DNA of 64,000 nt from the human T2T-CHM13v2.0 reference genome, Homo sapiens. Shown piece after piece: positions 17,144 to 35,611 of this stretch. Numbering within the stretch: position 1 is the first letter of the stretch; each line of letters opens with the position of its first letter. The notes under the pieces are model-generated. The model did no database searches and was not told the DNA's origin. It saw only the letters and a program-made list of their open reading frames with translations. Location: assembly GCF_009914755.1 (NCBI RefSeq), contig NC_060931.1. One strand, written 5' to 3'. Both the position numbers and the translations under genes were made by a program.

Positions 17144-18753
17144 TTAAGGAATAAGTTATTATTTGTATTAAGTCATTTATTCATGTTCTGATCAGGGTAA
17201 GACATTTGCTTGAGATCCGAACCAGTTTTGAAAGGCAATTATATATGGACATAATATCTTTCCAGTAAATCTTGCAACTATTTCTGTGACTACATATGTT
17301 AACATTTTTATAATTGGCTTCCAAATAACAAACACAGATGGCTGTAGTCTGAATTTTCACCATGTTTTAGAATAAATGTTTTCTCAGAAATTTAAAGTGC
17401 ATCATTTCAGTATAAGATGATTACCTAATTGAGTAGAATTTTTTCCTTATCTGCTAGCTTGCCATTTTTCAGATTGAGAGTAAATAGCTTAAATATCTAT
17501 TAGTATAAGAAATTGGATATATATGATCTTGTTCCCTCTCTCACATTTTTACCAAACAGAACTCTTGCTAAAAAGTTATTGTAGATATTATTTTTCTGAG
17601 AATTTAAATTTTGTTTTGCTTTTTGTCTTTTGGTGGAGGAGGGAGATTATAATTTTTTGTGTTTTAATTCATTTAATAAGTAACTAGAAATTTGTTAATT
17701 TTGAAACCATGAGTTTTTAATGTAGTAGAATTAAATATGCCCGTTAAACTGTTTTGGTTCTCAAGTCTTGTGAAGTGGTGCTTGAAATCATTGCTTAGTG
17801 GTGACTTTTCTGTAAAAGATAAATTATCTTTTTTTACTCTGAATATTATTTTAGGCTTTGTATATATAGCAGAGAACAAAAGAAAGCCCTAACCCTCAGT
17901 GAACTTACCTTCCGGTTAATCTGAAAAATAATATGACTTCATATAATCAGTAACATAGGCCTAAAACAATGCCATGGTAATTTAATGTCCTTAAAAGTGA
18001 TTCGTTCTAAGCACTATAATAGAAAAATTCCTATTTTGATTCCATATCTATCCATTATCTTTTTAATTTGGGTTCATTTAGTAATGAATATTATTGTTTC
18101 AGATTTTTAATCGAACTGTTTATGATGCAAAGTTTTAGTTTTTCTCATTTATTATGTGTTTGCACATCTGAATAAATATTAAATATAAATTATGTATACC
18201 CTAATTACAGTTGGAATCTCAAACCAAATTTTCACCTTTGCCCTGATATATTTTGCTGTCTAAATGTATTTTCTAATGCAGACAATGTGGAATTTTAAGT
18301 TTCTGAAATTGAGCATAAATATCAAAAATGCTATTAATTTCTTTTGGTTTTGCATTCTCTCTGAGGGATCTTTTCTTTTTAAACAATGCACCTAGAATTC
18401 TGATTCCATTTACAGATAATATATTTAGCAGTATTCCAGTTGGTTTATTTTTAAGAATGAATTTGCTACCCTCCAAAGTAGTTTAAGTGCATTCCAGTTT
18501 CTTAATGTACAAGTAGAGGCAACTGGTCTTGCACCTGTTCCTCAAGGAGACATGAGGTGGAATAACTGTGTAGTTGCTGAATAACTGGGAAAAAATTTAA
18601 ATATAATTTATTTTTATATCCTACTAGGCTAGTGATTAGCTATTTCTGATTTATAAATTAGATGTCTTTATTAAGTAAATAGTACATATGCTTTCCTTCA
18701 TCCACAGCAGACAAAATAAGTATAAAATATGTTGTGTGTTATTCTGTAGATAA

Positions 18754-19095
<342 letters not shown>

Positions 19096-19765
19096 ATTTG
19101 TCACATATTTTGATAGTAATATGAGCATCATTAAAAATTGCTTTATTTTTATGATAAATTTTCTGGCCATTGTTGTAACTGGTCTAATTAATAGTTATAT
19201 TAATACTAGTAGTATATTTCCTTTTTTTAAAGCACAACAAAGCTTACACCTTTTCTTATTCTTTGGTTTCTCTCCTCTCAGAATGACCAAAGAGCTCAAA
19301 TTCAATTTAGGAATAGGTGGCTAATAGTTGCTTCTTAGAAAAATTAGAAAATCTATTGCATAACAAAAGGAAATTTCACATTAGCAAAAGGAAAAATACC
19401 TGTAATCTCAAGTCAGAGATACACCAAAGTTCTCAGTTATATTCTTCCAGAGTTTCTCTATGCCTACAAGTACAATGTTATTAAAATTCAAGCTAGATAC
19501 GATTGTTGAAGGATGTGAGTTTGAGTCCTGCCTTCTCTGTTAAAAGAAGTGTACATTATTTTTTTCATAAAAATAGATTATGCAGCAGTAATATACCTAC
19601 TACTGTGTCATGAACATCTTTGTTAGCAATAATGGTTTACATAAATATTTTAATATGGCGTCATCATAGTTAACCTAATGTTGCCTAAAGCATGTAATAC
19701 ATACTTCTGATGTTAGGTGGTGATATTTTAGGTCTATCCTGATCCAGTATTAAAAACATTGGATA

Positions 19766-19896
19766 AATGGGTACAATGTACACTATTTGGGTAATGCCTA
19801 CCCTAAAAACTCAGACTTCACCACTATGTAATATATCGATGTAACAAAACTGGATTTGTACCCCCTAAATCTATAAAAATAAAAAAATAGAAAGAG
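19766..19896 (+). mobile_element. Short 5'-truncated L1PB/L1MA 3' end
   Basis: gggtacaatgtacactatttgggt...tgtaccccctaaatctataaaaataaaa; TSD aaaaacatt(g/a)gata. Confidence 0.75.
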
Positions 19897-22800
19897 AAAA
19901 ACATTAGATAGTATTGTAAGAAAGTTATTATGTTTGCCAGTTTTCTTTTAGTTCATCTGCTTGTGATAGCCAAGAGTCTGTTTGATACTCATATATCTTT
20001 AACACCCTTTTAACACTTGCCCATTTCTCTCATACCCTTCAACAAAATCTAACTAAAATTTTAATAATTTTTTCATTGTATTTATTTTTGTTTACTTTTC
20101 TAAAAAAGAAATGACAGTGATACTGACTTTTAGTTTGTGCCAAGGATAGAAAGTCTCCTTTTAGAATAAATTTACTTTAAAATTTTTATTGTTATGTAAT
20201 GTATATATTTTGGGAATACATGTGATAATTTAATGCACTCATATAGTTTGTAAGGATCAAATCAGTGTAATTGGGATGTCCGTTAGCTTTAATTAGTGAA
20301 ATATTCAAATATTTTTTAGAAATATTCAAATTATTTTATTCTAGCTATTTTGAAATATTTAGTAGTTTTTTGTAAACTATAGTCACCCTACCAATCTATC
20401 AAACACTAGGTTTTATTTCTTCTGTTAAACTGTTCTTTGTATCCATTGTCAGCCCCTCTTCATCTTCTCCACCTTCCTACTCTTCCCAGTCTCTGGTAAC
20501 CACCAATCTACTCACTATTTGCATCTACTTTTTCAGCTCCCATATATGAGTGAGAACGTCTGATATTTGTCTTTCTGTGCTTAGCTTATTTCACTTAACA
20601 TAGTGCCCTCCATTTGTGTCCATGGTGCTGCGAATGACAATTTGTTCTTTTTTTATGGCTGAATAATATTCCATTGTGTACATACCACATTTTCTTTATC
20701 CGTTTATCAATTGATGGGCACTTAAGCTAATTTCATATTTTAGCTATTGTAAATAGTACTACAAAAAAACATGGGAATGCAGCTATCTCCTTTGTATATT
20801 GATTTTCTTTCTTTTGAATATGTCCCAGTAGGGGAATTGCTGGATCCTGTGGTAGTTCTATTTTTAGTTTTTTAGAAATCCTCCATACAGTTTTCCATAG
20901 TGTGTGCTGATTTACATTTCTGTTAACAGTATACAAGGGCTCTTCTCTCTCCACATCCTCCCCAGCATCTGTTATTCCCTGTCTTTTTGATGAAAGTCAG
21001 TTTAACTGCAGTGAGATAATATATCGTGGTGGTTTTGATTTGCAATTCTCTGATGATTAGTAACATTGAGCATTGTTTCAGATACTTGTTGACCATTTGT
21101 ATGTATTCTCTTAAGAAATGTCTGTTCAGATATTTTGCCCATGTTTTAATCAGATTATTTGCTCTTTTGCTGTCCAGCTGTTTGAACTTCTTGTATATTC
21201 TGGTTGTTGTTAACTCCCTGTCAGATGAATAGTTTGTAGCTATTTTCTCCCATTCTGTGGGTTGTCTCTTCACTTTGTTGATTGTTTCGTTTGCTGTACA
21301 GAAACTTTTTAGCTTTAAAAACATTTTTTAAATTATTTATTTTTTGTAGAGATAGATCTATGTCTCACTATGTTATCCAGGCCAGTCTCAAACTCTCAGG
21401 CTCAAGTGATCCTCCTGCCTCGGCCTCCCATGGTGCTGTGCTTACAGGTTTGAGCCACCACACTCTTCTGAAACTTTTTAGCCTGGTTCCATTTGTCTGT
21501 TTTTGTTTTTGTTGCCTCTGCTTTTGAGATCTTAGACAAAAAAAAACTTTCCCCAGACCAATGTCCTAGAGTATTTCTCTACTGTTTTCTTTTTGTAGTT
21601 TCAGGTCTTAGATTTTTAAATCCATTTTGATGTGATTTTTTTTGTATGTGGTAAGAGATACTTATGTAGTTTCATTCTTCTACATATGGTTATCCAGTTT
21701 TCCCAGCATTATTTATTGAAGAGATTGTCCTTTTCTCAGAATATATGGTCTATTCTGGAGAATGTTCCATGTGCTGAGGAAAGGAATGTGTATTCTTCAG
21801 CAGTTGGATAAAATGTTTTGTAAATATCAATTTAGCCTATTTAGTGTGTAGTTTAACTCTGATGTTTATTTTCTGTGTGGATGTTGTATATTCTTGGCAC
21901 CTTTGTAGAAAATGAGTTGACTGTAAGTGTGTGAATTTATATCTGGGTTCTCTGTTTCGTTCCATTGGTCTGTGTGTCTGTTTTTATGCCAAGACCATGC
22001 TGATTTGTTTGTATGGCTTTGTAGTATATTTTGAAGTCAGGTAATGTGATGCTTCCAGCTTTGTTCTTTTTGCTTTGGCTGTTTGTGATCTTTTGTGGTT
22101 CTATCAAAATTTTAAGATTGTTTTTTCTATTTCTGTGAATAATGGCATTGGTATTTCAATAGGGATTGTATTGAATCTGTAAATTGCTTTGGATAGTATC
22201 ATTTTTACAATATTCTTCTAATCCACAAACATGGATTTCTTTCCATTTTTAATGTCCTGTTCCATTTCTTTCATCACTCTTTTATAGTTTTCCTTGTATA
22301 GATTTTTTACTTCTTTAGTTAAATTGATTTCTGGGTATTTTATATTCTTTGTAGCTATAGTAAATGTGATTACTTTCTTGATTTCTTTTTCAGATTGTTT
22401 GCTGTTGGTATATATAATTTCTATTGATTTTTGTATGTTGATTGTGTATCCTGCTATTTTACTGAATTTGTTTATCAGTTCTAACAGTTTTTGGTGGAGT
22501 CTGTAGGTTTTTCTAAGTATAAGATCATATTGTATGCAAATAAGGCTAAATTGACCTTTTCCTTTCCAATTTGGTTATCTTTTATTTTTTTCTCTTGCTT
22601 AGTTGCTGTGGCCAGGACTTCCAGTATGTTGCATGAAAGTGGACCTCCTTGTCTTGTTCCAGACTTAGAGGAAAGGCTTTTAATTTTTCCCTATTCAGTG
22701 TGATATTAGCTGTGGGTTTGCCATATATGGCCTTTATTACTTTGAGGTATGCATCTTCTGTATCCAGTTTGTTGAGGGTTTCTATCCTAAAGGCATGTTG

Positions 22801-22973
22801 AATTTTAAATTTTTTTTCAGCGTTAATTGAAATGGTCATAGGGTTTTGTTCTTGATTCTTTCAATGTGATGTATCATATTTATTGATTTGCACATGTTTA
22901 ACTATCCTTGTGTCTTTGGGATGAATCCCGCTTGATCATGGTGAATGATCTTTTTAATGTGTTGTTGAATTCA

Positions 22974-23075
<102 letters not shown>

Positions 23076-23240
23076 CTAATGTTGGTTTCATAGAATGAGT
23101 TTGGAAGTACTCCCTTCTCTTAAGTTTTTTGAAGAGTTTGAGTATAATTGTTATTCTTTAAATGTTTGGTAGAATTCAGAAGTGAAGCCATCAAGTCCTG
23201 GGCTTTTCTTTGATGGGGGATTTTTTGTGTCTGTGTGTGA

Positions 23241-23567
<327 letters not shown>

Positions 23568-23943
23568 TGAGGTTTTCTATTTCTTCATGGTTCAATTTTG
23601 GTAGGTTCTATGTGTCCAGGAATTTATTTATCTTTTTCTTCTAGGTTTTTGAATTTGTTAGCATATAGTTGTTCATAATAGTCTGTAATGATTTTTGTAT
23701 TTCTGTGGTCTCAGTTTTTACATCTTCTTTTTCATTTCTGATTTTATTTGACCTTTCTCCTTTTATGAAAATTAGTATAGCTAAAGGTTTGTTGATTTTG
23801 TTTATGTTTTCAGAAAAGCAACTTTTTGTTTCATTGACTTCTGTATTGACTGTTTTGGCCTCAATTTCATTTGTATCTGCTCTGATTTTTGTTATTTCCT
23901 TTCTTCTACTAATTTTGGGTTTGGTTTGTTCTTGGTTTTCTAG

Positions 23944-24309
<366 letters not shown>

Positions 24310-25750
24310 TAGCCAATGTTTTGAAATTTTGTAGGTTTGAGACCAACCTGGGCAACAAAGTGAAATCTTGTTGCCCAGGTTGGTTTTGAACTTCTGGGCT
24401 CAAGCATTCATCCCACCTCAGCCACTCAAAGTGCTGGGATTACAGACATGAGCCACCATGCCCAGCAGGAACATACTTAATTATTATTTGTTTGTGTTTT
24501 CTGAGGTACTTCTTGTGACTGATTTTTAGTTTTATTCCATTATGGTCAGAAACGATACTTGATATGATTTCTACCTTTTGAATTTGTTGAGACTTGTTTT
24601 ATGACCTAATATATGGTCTATTCTGGAGAATGCTCCATATACTGATGAAAACAATACTCTTCAGGAGTTGGGTGAAATGTTCTGTAGATGTCAGTTTGGC
24701 CTATTTGGCGTAGTGTATAGTTTAATTCTGATGTTTTCTTTAATTTTCTCTTTGGATGATCTGTCCAATACTGGGATTGGGGTATTTAAGTTCCCTATAT
24801 TACTGTATTGCAGTCTATCTCTCCCTTTAGATCTATTAATACTTGCTTTTTATACTTGGGGCTCTGGTGCTGGGTGCATAGATATTTATAATAGTTATAT
24901 CCGCTTGCTAAATTGACACCTTTATCATTATATAATGACCTTCTTTGTCTCTTTTTATAGTCTTGACTGGTAGCCTATTTTATCTGATACAAGTATAGCT
25001 ACTCCTGTTCTTTTTTGGTGTCCAGTTGCACGGAATATCCTTTTCCACCCCTTCACTTTCAGTCTGTGCGCATTCTTAATAGGCGAAGTGGGTTTTTTGT
25101 GGGCAGCTTATGGTTGGGTCTTACTTCTGTATTCATTCAGCCACTCTCGCCATTTTAATTGAAGAATTGAGTGTATTTACCTTGAGTATTATTATTAATA
25201 AGTGAGGTCTTACTAATGCTATTTTGTTGCTTGTTTTCTGGTTGTTTTGTAATTCCTCTCTTCTTCCTTTCTTACTGTCTTTCTTTGAAGTTAAGTGATT
25301 TTTTTTTCTGGTAGTATGTTTGAATTTGTTGATTTTTTATTTGTAGTGAATTTATTATAGTTTTTGGCATTGTGGTCACCATGAGACTTAAAAAGACATA
25401 GGTTCAAGCAGTTATTTTAATGATATGACAACTTACTTTAGATCACAAAGAAAATAATGGAAACAAAAGAAAAAAAAACCCTCTATACTCTAACTCCATT
25501 CCCTCCACATTTTGACTTTACTTTGTCTCAATTTACATGTTTTTATATTGCCTATTTCTTGATAGGATGCTGTAGCTATTAATGTTTTTGGTAGGTTTGT
25601 CTTTTGGACTTCATCCTAGAGTTATGAGTGGGCGCTACACCACAATTACAGTATTAGAGTATTGTGGGTTTGTCCACGTACTTAATTTTACTAGTGGGTT
25701 GTATACCTTTACATGTTTTGTTTTTTCACATTAGTGTTTTTTTCTTTCAG

Positions 25751-25786
25751 ATTGAAGAACTCTCTTTAGCTTTTCTTGTCAGACAG
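25751..25786 (+). CDS. AKAP9: Alternative 36-nt cassette exon (IEELSLAFLVRQ) within antisense L1
   Basis: Acceptor gttttttttctttcag|ATT and donor CAG|gtatgt, phase 0-0, no stop. The peptide matches the 12-aa insert I recall in yotiao/long AKAP9 isoforms between ...AGKAK and LAQFRQ.... Confidence 0.8.
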
Positions 25787-26785
25787 GTATGTGTTAGTGA
25801 ATTCTCTCAGCTTTTGTTTGTCTGTGAAAGACTTTGTTCCTCTTCTTTGTATTTGAAGGATAGCTTTGCTGGATACAGTATCCTTGGGTGGCTGTTTTTT
25901 TCCTTCAGCACTTTGAACATGTTGTCCCACATCCTCCTATATGGTTTCTTCCTCCTGTATGACCTGTATGGTATCTGTTGAGAAGTCTGTTGCCAGACGA
26001 ATTGTAGCTCTTTTATACATTGTTTGCTTCTTTTCTTTTGCCACTTTTAGGATCCTCTCTTTGTCCTTGACCATTGAGAGTTTGATTATTACATGCTTTG
26101 GAGTAATCTTTTTTGGGTCAAATCTGCTTTGTTCTCTAACGTTCCTATACCTGGATATTTTATCTCTTTCTCAAGTTTTAAAAAGTTTTTATTATTTCTT
26201 GAATAAGATTTCTACCCCCTTGCATTAAAGTTAGGCATTATATTATGTAGTGCTGAAAAACAGGCGGTGACATGGTACCAAAAAAAAGATACAAAAACAA
26301 TACATAAATTGCAAAGACTCTCTAAGTGAACACATTCAGTAAAAAACAAGCCAGACAGTGAAGACTAGAACTCCCTTTTGAACACTGATAATTCTTAGAT
26401 TTGATATTTCGAGGTAATTTTCTGTGTCTTCTAGGTGATCTTTGTTCCTTTTCATTCTTTCCTTTTCTCCTCTGTATTTTTAAATAGCCCGTCTTTGAGC
26501 TCACTGATTCTTTTTTCTGTTTGATCCATTCTCCTGTTGAGAGCCTCTAATGATTCTTTCTGTTCAGCAAATCTTTCTCAGTTCCAAAATTTCTTTTTGA
26601 TTTATAAAAAACTTTTAATCTTTGTTAAATTTTTCTAATACATTTCTGAATTGTTTTTCTGTGTAATGGAGATCACTAATTTCCTTTAAACTGCTGTTTT
26701 GAATTCTTGTTCACAGAGTTCACATATTTCTGTCTTGTTAGGGTCATTCACTGATTCACTGGTTCTTTGTGCTTTGTCCATTTGA

Positions 26786-27146
<361 letters not shown>

Positions 27147-27970
27147 TACATCTATTTCTTAAAGTGAAGATTTTGTTATTTATTCTAGTCTTCTCTGTCT
27201 GGCTTGTTTTAGCTTTTACTGGATATGTTTGCTCATAGAGTCTTTTATGTTTTGCCTCTCTTTTTTTTTTTTTTTTTTTTGCACTATGTCACTGCCTCTG
27301 TTTCAGTACTACATAATATAATGTATATGATGTCTTTAGCCCCAGTTTGCTTCAGTTCTAGTAAACAATCAGTGTTATCCATCCTTGATCGGTAAGGTCC
27401 CAAAGGCCCCTAGTCTGGCTAGGGGCTCGTGCCCAGAGGACCTGTGGCATGAACCTCTTACAGTGTGATGCTGCTGAACAGCCAGTCTGATTTGGCGTCT
27501 CCTTTGGCCAAGTTACAAAGCAGGGTTTTTCAGGGCTAGGAATGGTAGTCTTGCCTTCCCGCTTTGTCTCTGGCTGTTAGGAATATTTCTCCCTTCAGAT
27601 ATTCCCAGTACTTCCTGGTTGTCCCTGGTTGAGCCAGGGACAGATCTCCTGTCAAGGAGCCCAAGTTGATGGAGAAGCTGGTTGTCCACCTTGATCTCAC
27701 TTTTTCCAGTGTAGAAACTGTGAGTCAGGGGAATATTTTCCATGTTTGGTGATGGGCAGATTAGGAGAATGGGAATCATGAAAATCAAAGTCTAATTCTT
27801 TTAACTTCTGCTCAGAGTTTTTTCACTTCTCCATGGTCTTGAATACTGTTTCTTCCTCATATTTGAGTTCTGGGATATCGCCAGTAATAATCTAAGCTCT
27901 GTATATTTGCTTTTGGTTTTCTGTTAGGGGAAGCGAAGGCAACTTGCTTCTGTGCCACCATTTTGGAGCT

Positions 27971-28015
27971 ATTAGGTTGGTGCAAAAGCAATTGCAGTTT
28001 TTGTACCGACCTAAT
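27971..28015. mobile_element. Internally deleted MADE1 (Hsmar1 MITE)
   Basis: TIRs ttaggttggtgcaaaa and ttttgtaccgacctaa. Confidence 0.8.
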
Positions 28016-28369
28016 GGAAGCCTCTGTTCTTAAAATAAATTTAAATAAGAAAACTACATTGGTTAAAACATGTTAAGTAAATGATACATAAAGGTGGCTC
28101 TAGGATAGGACAAAAATCCTGATGATGATATGTAAACGATTAAGGGCTGGAAAGCACTGCTGTTTGATATTTAAGTTATTTCCAGTTTTTTTTCCCATTA
28201 TGAATAAGGCTGCAGTGACCACTTTATATAGCTAAATCTTTTTGCATGAACTAAATCTTTTTAGTATATAGTAATAGAAGACACAGAAATTCCAGAAAGC
28301 AAATTCATGTAGTGCTCTGTGTGTGCATGTGTGTATGTGTGTGTTTTCATATAATCTAAAATCCAGAGC

Positions 28370-28668
28370 TTGGCCAGCACACTGGCTCACGTCTGTAATC
28401 CCAGTATTTTGGGGAGGCTGAGGCAGGCGAATTGCTTGAGCCCAGGAGTTGAAGACCAGCCTGGGCAACGTGGCAAAAATCTGTCTGTACAAAAAAATAC
28501 AAGAATTAAATTAGCCAGGTGTGATGACATGTTCCTGTAGTCCCAGCTACTTGGGGGCTGAAGTGGGAGGATCTGTGGAGCCCAGAAAGTTGAGGTGAGC
28601 TGTGATGGCGCTACTGCACTCCAGCCTGGATGACAGAGTAAGACCCTGTCTCAAAAAATAAAATAAAA
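28370..28668 (+). mobile_element. AluJ-like
   Basis: Alu consensus match. Confidence 0.88.
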
Positions 28669-28988
28669 TCTTGGTGAGATTATATTCTCACTAAGCAGTG
28701 AATGACAGTGCCTGATTTCCCTTATTCTGCCTAATTCTGGGCTTATTTTCTTTTATTTAGACATGACATTTTCAGTTCTTACCCCTCAATATTTCAGTAG
28801 GTTTATTCAGAAATGTTTCTTTGCATTCCAGTAGTTACATTAAAGACTGTAATAATTGTTCTTTATTTTTTCATTTTTATTTAGTGATAGTTTGATCTTT
28901 AAAAGAGAGACTCCCAAAGCTGCTTTTTTCTTGGTGGCAATAAAGAAAAATTATCTTTGACAATAACGGTTATTTTCTTTTTTCTTAG

Positions 28989-29246
28989 CTTGCCCAGTTT
29001 CGACAAAGAAAAGCTCAGTCGGATGGGCAGAGTCCTTCCAAGAAGCAGAAAAAAAAGAGAAAAACGTCAAGCAGTAAACATGATGTGTCAGCACACCATG
29101 ATTTGAATATTGATCAATCACAGTGTAATGAAATGTACATAAATAGTTCTCAGAGAGTAGAATCAACTGTGATTCCTGAATCTACAATAATGAGAACTCT
29201 ACATAGTGGAGAAATAACCAGTCATGAGCAGGGCTTCTCTGTGGAA
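28989..29246 (+). CDS. AKAP9: AKAP9 coding exon 2 (258 nt, LAQFRQRKAQ...HEQGFSVE)
   Basis: Acceptor ttttctttttcttag|CTT and donor GAA|gtaagt. Open 86-codon frame matching the recalled AKAP9 N-terminus, including the basic KKQKKKRK stretch. Confidence 0.97.
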
Positions 29247-29574
29247 GTAAGTATTCTCCCAGATTTTTAATCATTATGGTTCTCGATGGAAAGTAGTCAT
29301 AACAACAGTCATTAGCAACTGTGCGCAATTTGATCATGATTTTTATGTCCTCTTGAAAGTTTTAGTAGTATGGTAACTAAACAGTCATAACTAAAATATT
29401 TGATCATCTCAGAGAGGGAGTTTTGTGAGTTTAATTTAATATATGTTGAACAACTGCAGTACACCAAAGACTGAGCACCAGAGTTACAAAGATGGATATG
29501 ACTATCTCTGCCCTTTAGGAAAATTATTCTAGTGGAGAAGGCAGACTTAAAGGTATGCAGTGTGCTATGATTAG

Positions 29575-32250
<2,676 letters not shown>

Positions 32251-32254
32251 TGTT

Positions 32255-33566
<1,312 letters not shown>

Positions 33567-34044
33567 TTAATAGGATTTTAGATTACAGGCAAGTTTATTT
33601 TTGTTCTTGGCCTCAGTTACTACTTCATGGAGAAGGTAGTTTTAGAACTTAGACTTGAATGTTGAATAGAATTTCCATAGGTGTAGATGAGAAAGGAGAC
33701 AGTGACAGTTAATATTTGTTGAATGAAAGGGTGAAACTCTCTGGAGAGGGTCAACAGTGAGAATAGTACTTTTGGAGTCAGAAAATTTGGATTTGTTCCT
33801 TGACTCTTTCTACTACTTCTTTTAGGGAAGCTTGAAAAAGCTACTCACTTCATACCCAAATCCAGGCATGTGATAGTGAAACAAGAATGACTTTAAAAGT
33901 GCTTTTGTAAACTGTAAAGGTGTTATAACAAAAGTGGTTATTTTTTCTTTAGTTATTACTTTTTTTAGCATCATGATGATATGATTTTTCTTTCAGAGAA
34001 ATTGAACTTTTCTTTTTTATTGATTTATTTTAATTATTATTATT

Positions 34045-34204
34045 ATTTTTTAAAGACAGGGTCTCACTCTGTCACCCAGACCAGAGTGCAATGGCATGAT
34101 CTTGGTTCACCACAAGCTCTCCCTTCCAGGCCCAAGCAGTTCTCCTGCCTCAGCCTCTCAGGTAGCTGGGATTACAGGCATGCACCACTACCGCCTGGCT
34201 AGTT

Positions 34205-34235
<31 letters not shown>

Positions 34236-34356
34236 AGTAAAGACGAGAGTTCACCATTTTGGCTAGGCAGGTCTCGAACTCCTGACCTTAAATGATCCAC
34301 CCACCTCAGCCTCCCAAAGTGCTGGGATTACAGGCATGAGCCACCACACCTGGCCG
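34045..34356 (-). mobile_element. AluS
   Basis: Alu consensus match. Confidence 0.88.
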
Positions 34357-34406
34357 AACTTTTCTAACAGTAGCATTTTAGGACTTTGTTTCATTTTAAA
34401 GAGGTA

Positions 34407-35250
34407 CGGTAGTTCCTCCTTATTTGTGGAGAGTTGTATCATTCCATTTTCATGCTGCTGATACAGACATACCGGAGACTAGGTCATTTATAAAGAAAAA
34501 GAGGTTTAATGGACTCACAGTTCCACGTGGCTGGTGAGGCCTCACAATCATGGTGGAAGGCAGAAGGCACATCTTACATGGCAGCAGACATGAGAAAAAT
34601 GAGAGCCAAGGGAAAAGGGAAACCCCTTATAAAACCATCATATCTCGTGAGACTTACTACCACAAGAACCGTATGGGGGAAACTGCTCTCATGATTTACT
34701 TATCTCCCACCAGGTCTCTCCCAAAACACATGGGAATTATGGGAGCTACAATTCAAGATGAGATTTGGATGGGGGAACTCAGCCAAACCATATCAAGAGT
34801 ATAGTCCAACACCCCCAGTGGAGACCTGAAACCACAGATAGTACTGAACTCTGTATATACTGTGTTTTTTCCTATACTCATATACTTATGATAAAGTTTA
34901 ATTGATAAATTAGGCACTGTACTCTTGTGCTTTGGGGCCATTACTTGAACACAAGCACTGCAATACTGCATACTGCCATAATGTATGATAGTGCATCTGA
35001 TAATGGAGGTGGCTACCAAGTAACTGTTGGGCAGGTAGCATATACTGTGTGGATATGGTGTACAAAGGGACGATTCATGTCCTGGATGGGACAGAGTAAG
35101 ATTTCATCATGCCACTTAGAACAGTGCACAATTTAAAACTTATGAATTGTTTATTTTTGGAATTTTCCATTTTAATATTTTCTAACCACAGTTAACCATG
35201 GGTAACTGAAATTATAGGAAGCAATACTGTGGATAAAGAGGGGGCTACTG
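34407..35250 (-). mobile_element. MER44 (Tigger7-derived) DNA element split by a THE1 LTR
   Basis: Termini cggtagttcctccttatt and ggataaagagggggctactg with TA flanks. Confidence 0.7.
34435..34795 (-). mobile_element. THE1 (ERVL-MaLR) solo LTR
   Basis: TG...CA ends; minus strand begins tgatatggtttggct; 5-bp TSD agagt at 34430-34434 and 34796-34800. Confidence 0.92.
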
Positions 35251-35566
35251 TATGAGGATTGGAGGAATGGTGTCTTACTTCATGCTTTTGGCTTACAAAT
35301 GATATGTATATAAGACCCTGTATGAAAGTACCTCTTGATACTTTTATATTTAGAAAAATGCCTACTGGTACATTTTGGTTGCATTATTTTGCCATTGTTA
35401 TTTATAATTAAATGAAAATTTTAAAGATTTGAGTAATTTTTACTAGTTTTTTAGTGGTATTTTATGTGACTTTTCTATCATATGTTACCAATAGTAATGG
35501 TTTAGTAAAGTATGATATTTAGCACAAAAAAGTCATAATTATATTTGGTTTTTATTTTTGTTTTAG

Positions 35567-35611
35567 CTGGAAAGTGAAATTTCAACCACAGCAGATGACT
35601 GCAGTTCAGAG
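35567..35611 (+). CDS. AKAP9: AKAP9 coding exon 3 (45 nt, LESEISTTADDCSSE)
   Basis: Acceptor tttttgttttag|CTG and donor GAG|gtaaga. Continues the frame of exon 2. Confidence 0.96.
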
